Below, in pieces: positions 59,871-64,000 of a stretch of DNA of 64,000 nt. The position numbers and the translations under genes were made by a program. Numbering within the stretch: position 1 is the first letter of the stretch; every line of letters begins with the position of its first letter. The DNA comes from a virus: IMG/VR virus record IMGVR_UViG_3300017986_004441, positions 1 to 64,000 of that record; one strand, 5' to 3'. Under the pieces are notes generated by a model that saw only the letters and a program-made list of their open reading frames with translations, did no database searches and was not told the origin of the DNA.

Positions 59871-60348
59871 TTTTAATTTTATTCCTTTGAATAGAGATAA
59901 TGATATCTGATAAATTTTTTATATTATTGGCTAAATATGAAAGCCTATCCATTCTTTGTTTGGCGTATCTTTTGATTGTGTTAAGAGCATAAGCCTTTTC
60001 GTTGTGCTTAATTGCCTGGAGAGATTTTTCTACATACCCATATCCTTTATAGTTATTGATTTCATCAGCAATAACCTCTTTTATTTTTTCGTCTGACCAA
60101 TTATATCTTGCTATTTCTCTATTTAATGTTCTTTGAATATGAAAACCAAATTGAGATAATCTATAAGCGATTTCTCCACAATCGTCTGGAGTTAATTTTT
60201 CTAGCATTGAACGATTCATGGTAAGATATTCATTCAGCTCCTCTGACGGCATGGAGTCTTCTGCATAAGAAGGCATGCCCATACTGGATTCATATTCGTC
60301 TAATATAGTATCCCAATACTGTAGTTCTTCTTTACTATTTCTATTCAT
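59863..60348 (-). CDS. Helical hypothetical protein (possible UvsY-like recombination mediator)
   Basis: 161 aa, predicted largely coiled, two genes from the RecA-like gene. The function is only a guess. Confidence 0.45.
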   Translation of the reverse strand: MNRNSKEELQYWDTILDEYESSMGMPSYAEDSMPSEELNEYLTMNRSMLEKLTPDDCGEIAYRLSQFGFHIQRTLNREIARYNWSDEKIKEVIADEINNYKGYGYVEKSLQAIKHNEKAYALNTIKRYAKQRMDRLSYLANNIKNLSDIIISIQRNKIKNG

Positions 60349-60748
60349 TGGTCAGTCTTTCTTTCCAATCTTCTAATCCTTCATTATACGGAAGTTCTAT
60401 ATATCTAATATTATTTTTTTCACACCAGTATTTTTTATCTCTGTCTCTTTTTTTGTGTTTCATAAACCCCAACGAGGTTTGGTGGTAGAATTGTACAAAT
60501 TTATAATGTTGTTCGCCATGAACCTCTATGCATGTTTCATTAAGTGGTAGATAAAAATCTAAAAACAATGTTTCATTTTTTCTAACTGGTATTGGAACCT
60601 CTTCTAAGACTTGCAAAGTAGGAAATATTTCTTTTATTAAAGATCTTGCCGTCAGATGTAGAGAAGATTTATTTATCGCTCTACCTTTGGCTATATGGCC
60701 CTTGAGAGACCACCTCTGAACATTATCATCCAAATCAACAATATTCAT
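60341..60748 (-). CDS. DUF559/Vsr-like endonuclease
   Basis: LDFYLP...CIEVHGEQHY...RD..K..WCEKNNIRYIELPY. Confidence 0.75.
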   Translation of the reverse strand: MNIVDLDDNVQRWSLKGHIAKGRAINKSSLHLTARSLIKEIFPTLQVLEEVPIPVRKNETLFLDFYLPLNETCIEVHGEQHYKFVQFYHQTSLGFMKHKKRDRDKKYWCEKNNIRYIELPYNEGLEDWKERLTNE

Positions 60749-61764
60749 TCGCTGATTCCCATCATTTCTTTAACAGAAGCCCACAGACTTTCATATATGT
60801 CTGGGTTTTGACTAATAAAATCCCTTGCCTTTTCGGCTCCCTGAAACTTTGGAGTATCTTTCACATTTGTAAATGTATACCAAGCTCCGCCCTTATCTAT
60901 TAATCCAAGATCTGTGGCTAAATTAAATAGCTCCATCTCTTTATCTACGCCGACGCCATAGCGAATATAGCTTGTTATTTTAGCTCCAGGCGGACCTAAT
61001 GCAGAGCATATTACTTGCCACTCAATTGTTTGTCCTATCTGGGTTTCTTCTTTGCCGACATTCCACGCTTTAAAATACGTAGCTTTTAATTTGACATCTG
61101 TCTGATAGGCTATTGCCTGCCCTGATTTTTCTTTCCATTCACTACTGCCGTATCCTGGGTTGCCCATCAGATGGGTGATACCTATAACTATATTCTTATT
61201 AACGGGAATAACATTAGCAACTTTTCTGCAAAATTTTGCTAACAGTTTTGCACCATCGGCTCTTTGCATCTTACTCATGTCTGATGTGATTTCAGATTCT
61301 GTACATAACGCTGAATAAGAATCGATAATTAAGACAGAACCAGGTACTTCATTGATAATTCTTTCAGCGATTTGAAGATATTCCTCCGCATGTAATATCT
61401 TACCTGTTTTTGATCCTATGATATGAAATCTGTCTAAATTAAGTCCATTGATACCAGACAAGTCTCTTTTTTTAAGTCTACCTTCTATGTTTAGATAGTA
61501 CACTTCTCTGCCGTCAGCAAAATCTCCGTATGCGTATTTTTCCTGTTGTGCTAATGCCGCTATGTACAAAGAAGTAGTAGTCTTGCCGCATTTGGGCTGA
61601 CCGGTAAAAATCACAAAACTACCTTCTGGAATTCCTCCATTAAGAGCGATATCTAACGATGGGCTTACCGAAATATTCAAAACCTTCTTGTCAATAACAG
61701 AATTACCAGAAAGTATAATGTCGTCACCAAAATTTTTCTTAATATCAGTCTTGATACTCATCAT
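60745..61764 (-). CDS. recA: RecA/UvsX-like recombinase
   Basis: SLDIALNGGIPEG, Walker A GQPKCGKTT, IIDSYSAL, G.D...E....A..LGLI.K.GAWY. Confidence 0.85.
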   Translation of the reverse strand: MMSIKTDIKKNFGDDIILSGNSVIDKKVLNISVSPSLDIALNGGIPEGSFVIFTGQPKCGKTTTSLYIAALAQQEKYAYGDFADGREVYYLNIEGRLKKRDLSGINGLNLDRFHIIGSKTGKILHAEEYLQIAERIINEVPGSVLIIDSYSALCTESEITSDMSKMQRADGAKLLAKFCRKVANVIPVNKNIVIGITHLMGNPGYGSSEWKEKSGQAIAYQTDVKLKATYFKAWNVGKEETQIGQTIEWQVICSALGPPGAKITSYIRYGVGVDKEMELFNLATDLGLIDKGGAWYTFTNVKDTPKFQGAEKARDFISQNPDIYESLWASVKEMMGISE

Positions 61765-62164
61765 CTATTTCCTTAAGTGTTGATAATATATTTTCTTGCT
61801 TTTTGTTTTTTCTAAAAGACGTAGGCTTTTTCCTGTCTATTGGTTTAGACAGATGTGTATTTTTCGATGCTATAATGCGTTCTTCCGTTTCTATGATCTT
61901 AATCAAAAATGGTGATCTTAATGAATACGTATTTTTTGTTTTAGGGTTATTCAGAGCTGCCACAATTGCCTTGGCTGAATATATCTTTAACAGTTTGTGG
62001 GCAGAGGCTATTTGACTCCGATAAAACTTTTCCCAATAACTACTCACCCAAAATCTATAATGTAAATCCTTTTTTTCCCTGATTGCCTTGTGTTCACATA
62101 TCATCTCTGTGATATACTGAGCATCAGACACTTTTTTCCCATTAGAATATTTAGAAATATACAT
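61745..62164 (-). CDS. Hypothetical protein
   Basis: ORF in the coupled operon; start moved to ATG 62164, just after the upstream stop. Confidence 0.65.
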   Translation of the reverse strand: MYISKYSNGKKVSDAQYITEMICEHKAIREKKDLHYRFWVSSYWEKFYRSQIASAHKLLKIYSAKAIVAALNNPKTKNTYSLRSPFLIKIIETEERIIASKNTHLSKPIDRKKPTSFRKNKKQENILSTLKEIDDEYQD

Positions 62165-62166
62165 CT

Positions 62167-62484
62167 TTAACCATTTGGTCGATGGATACAATCGTCTGTA
62201 ACTCTAGAGTTTTTATGTTTGTGTGATTGTATACTCATTGATGCTTCACCAGTCATAACGGTTACGGAAGCGTTGTTGGCGGTTTTAGAAGAAAGCATCT
62301 TCTGGACCGCTGGTTTTTGAGCCGTAGAAACTTTGTCTTTGTTAGATGTGGAGCCATATTTCTCTATCACAGACTCTACTTGTTTAGTTGTCAGCTTTAA
62401 TTCTGTGGCGATATTCTCTATTGTTTTTTCTTCATGATTAAGCCACCTAATAGCATATGTTTGCGCTTTGCTGATTCTTGCCAT
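62167..62484 (-). CDS. Hypothetical protein with HTH-like N-terminus
   Basis: KTIENIATELKLTTKQVESVI. Confidence 0.6.
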   Translation of the reverse strand: MARISKAQTYAIRWLNHEEKTIENIATELKLTTKQVESVIEKYGSTSNKDKVSTAQKPAVQKMLSSKTANNASVTVMTGEASMSIQSHKHKNSRVTDDCIHRPNG

Positions 62485-62861
62485 TATGTTAATTCCCTTT
62501 CAGTATTTAATAGCCATGCCTTATTATTTGTGTTCAAATACTTGATATAGTGACCAAAAGCCTTTTGTCCAACTTCTACAAATTTATATCCCGATCTGTA
62601 TGAGCTTGCTGTTTTATGGGGGTGTGCTATTTGGTCGTTGGGGTCAAACGGCTTGCCATACCTATCGCACTTTATCATAAGTCTATATGTAGAGTCGTCC
62701 CGATATATTTTTTTAGCAGCCACGTCTTGATCGTCATGCTTGCGTCTTAGATTACTGTTGGCATCTACAAAATCTTCTTTGCCTTTATGTGTATAATACT
62801 CGTTGTCTGTCTGCCGATTGCTATTTTGATGTGTTTTAGCTTCAACCACAAAATCATTCAT
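62484..62861 (-). CDS. Hypothetical protein, paralog of 63494..63883
   Basis: YYTHKGKED..D...F..YI..L.T.N...L....R.L is shared with the paralog. Confidence 0.7.
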   Translation of the reverse strand: MNDFVVEAKTHQNSNRQTDNEYYTHKGKEDFVDANSNLRRKHDDQDVAAKKIYRDDSTYRLMIKCDRYGKPFDPNDQIAHPHKTASSYRSGYKFVEVGQKAFGHYIKYLNTNNKAWLLNTERELT

Positions 62862-63165
62862 TAGGCATCTCCTTTGCTGCATTGATTAATGACTGCTCAA
62901 AATGTTTTAAAAAATTTAGCATATACTCTTCAGGATCTTGGCCAGGAGGTACGGGCATATGAAAATTTCTTTTATGTATCAATTTAGATCCCACATTTTC
63001 ACGCTTTTCATTCTGCTCCATAATGTTTGATTCAACAGAAAAGATGATTTCATGAGGACAATCTATTAATTTTCTGGGAGATGTATTCAGTTCTGCATAT
63101 CCAAGCATTTCCTCTTTAAATTTTGGATCGTCCAATAGTTCTTTCACTGTTTTTTCTATGTCCAT
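62854..63165 (-). CDS. Hypothetical protein
   Basis: 103-aa ORF overlapping both neighbours by a few nt. Confidence 0.65.
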   Translation of the reverse strand: MDIEKTVKELLDDPKFKEEMLGYAELNTSPRKLIDCPHEIIFSVESNIMEQNEKRENVGSKLIHKRNFHMPVPPGQDPEEYMLNFLKHFEQSLINAAKEMPNE

Positions 63166-63494
63166 TTGGTTTTACTTCCTCTCTTTATCCTTGACATACC
63201 GGTGGGAAGTTCCTGCTGACCCCCTTTGTATTCATTGTGTTTTTTGTATAAATAATTTTTTTCATCATTACTCATACGATCACGGTTCCTATTTGCTAAA
63301 TCTCCCAGCTTAATATCTGAATCAGACTTAACTACACTACCAAACATATTGCCAAGATCCGTAGAGTAATCCCTATCAATATCTTTAGTTTGGCATTTTG
63401 TACATTTGATCTGTTTGGAATCATACTCTTTATATGTGGCCACAATAGAAAATTTATTACCACAATTATTACACACAAACGAATATTCAGGCAT
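63156..63494 (-). CDS. FmdB-family zinc-ribbon protein
   Basis: MPEYSFVCNNCGNKF...IKCTKCQT. Confidence 0.8.
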   Translation of the reverse strand: MPEYSFVCNNCGNKFSIVATYKEYDSKQIKCTKCQTKDIDRDYSTDLGNMFGSVVKSDSDIKLGDLANRNRDRMSNDEKNYLYKKHNEYKGGQQELPTGMSRIKRGSKTKWT

Positions 63495-63883
63495 TATGCT
63501 TTTAAGTCCCTATTTATATCTGCTAGAACTTTTTCGTTACCGGTCTTTAGAAATCCTATATATTTATTGAATATGTATTGATTGACCTGTTTCATTGTAT
63601 GCGATTTGCTATTTTTGCAAATTCTGTCTACAAACGTTGCTTTGGGACATGATTTTGATAATGGATTATAGGCTTGTCGTTGACAATTTATGGCTATATA
63701 ATATTTATATCCAATATTATCAACCCCCAAAGAACTTGCGGCCGTCATGCTTCTGGGCTTTTTCTCACAAATACTTTGAGCATATATATGTGTACTGTCA
63801 CTGCCTACTGTAGGGAATCCACTACTATCAAAACCGTCTTCTTTTCCTGTGATAGTATAGTATTTATTTTCTTTCATATTCAT
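63494..63883 (-). CDS. Hypothetical protein, paralog of 62484..62861
   Basis: YYTITGKEDGFD...FNKYIGFLKTGNEKVLADINRDL. Confidence 0.7.
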   Translation of the reverse strand: MNMKENKYYTITGKEDGFDSSGFPTVGSDSTHIYAQSICEKKPRSMTAASSLGVDNIGYKYYIAINCQRQAYNPLSKSCPKATFVDRICKNSKSHTMKQVNQYIFNKYIGFLKTGNEKVLADINRDLKA

Positions 63884-64000
63884 AATGCTTGTTAATGTAT
63901 TTAGTCCATATCTCCATCGCTTCTGATCTTATATTAGTCAATTCGTCGTACCATGGCAAGTATTTGTATGAAAATTTTGGCATATGAGGCTCATTGAGCA
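63864..64000 (-). CDS. 3' end of a gene entering from beyond the window
   Basis: Open frame ...LNEPHMPKFSYKYLPWYDELTNIRSEAMEIWTKYINKHYEYERK-stop. Confidence 0.6.
   Translation of the reverse strand, partial: LNEPHMPKFSYKYLPWYDELTNIRSEAMEIWTKYINKHYEYERK

Noticed and set aside
1-64000. Stop-codon reassignment
   Set aside because: The standard code gives very long ORFs and near-complete coding density, and TAA, TAG and TGA all end genes.
63864-64000. HNH endonuclease call for the partial terminal gene
   Set aside because: Only a C-terminal tail is visible and it contains no catalytic motif.
1-64000. tRNA, rRNA or other structured RNA genes
   Set aside because: Intergenic gaps are short and none showed a recognisable cloverleaf or conserved RNA motif by eye.

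Overview
This window reads as part of a large tailed-bacteriophage genome (AT-rich, standard code, dense ATGA/TAATG gene overlaps). No capsid, terminase or portal gene lies in the window, so phage identity is inferred from gene content and layout. Two convergent blocks meet at 42110/42113. The + strand (1-42110) holds very large, modular, signal-peptide-less proteins that are probably virion/tail components. They combine two intact subtilisin-like (S8) proteases, a leishmanolysin-like (M8) metalloprotease, FG-GAP, LVIVD and RCC1 propellers, a Gly-rich domain, FN3, PA-IL-like lectin and cupredoxin-like modules, and two circularly permuted FGE-sulfatase (C-type-lectin-fold) domains. These modules are joined by poly-Pro and mucin-like Thr/Ser-Pro tracts, and a GTGTAT motif recurs 41-47 nt upstream of four of the genes. 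The - strand (42113-64000) holds replication/recombination genes: RecA-like recombinase, DnaB, DnaG-like primase, dNMP kinase, PD-(D/E)XK nuclease, SSB, and an intein-less DnaE split into two genes around a DEDDh exonuclease. It also carries an 8-gene glycosyltransferase-like cluster. Two conserved genes appear to start at non-canonical codons (ATT, ATA). The most interesting candidate systems are a protease- and lectin-armed, possibly glycosylated modular virion surface, and the split Pol III. All product calls come from motif recognition only; no searches were run.
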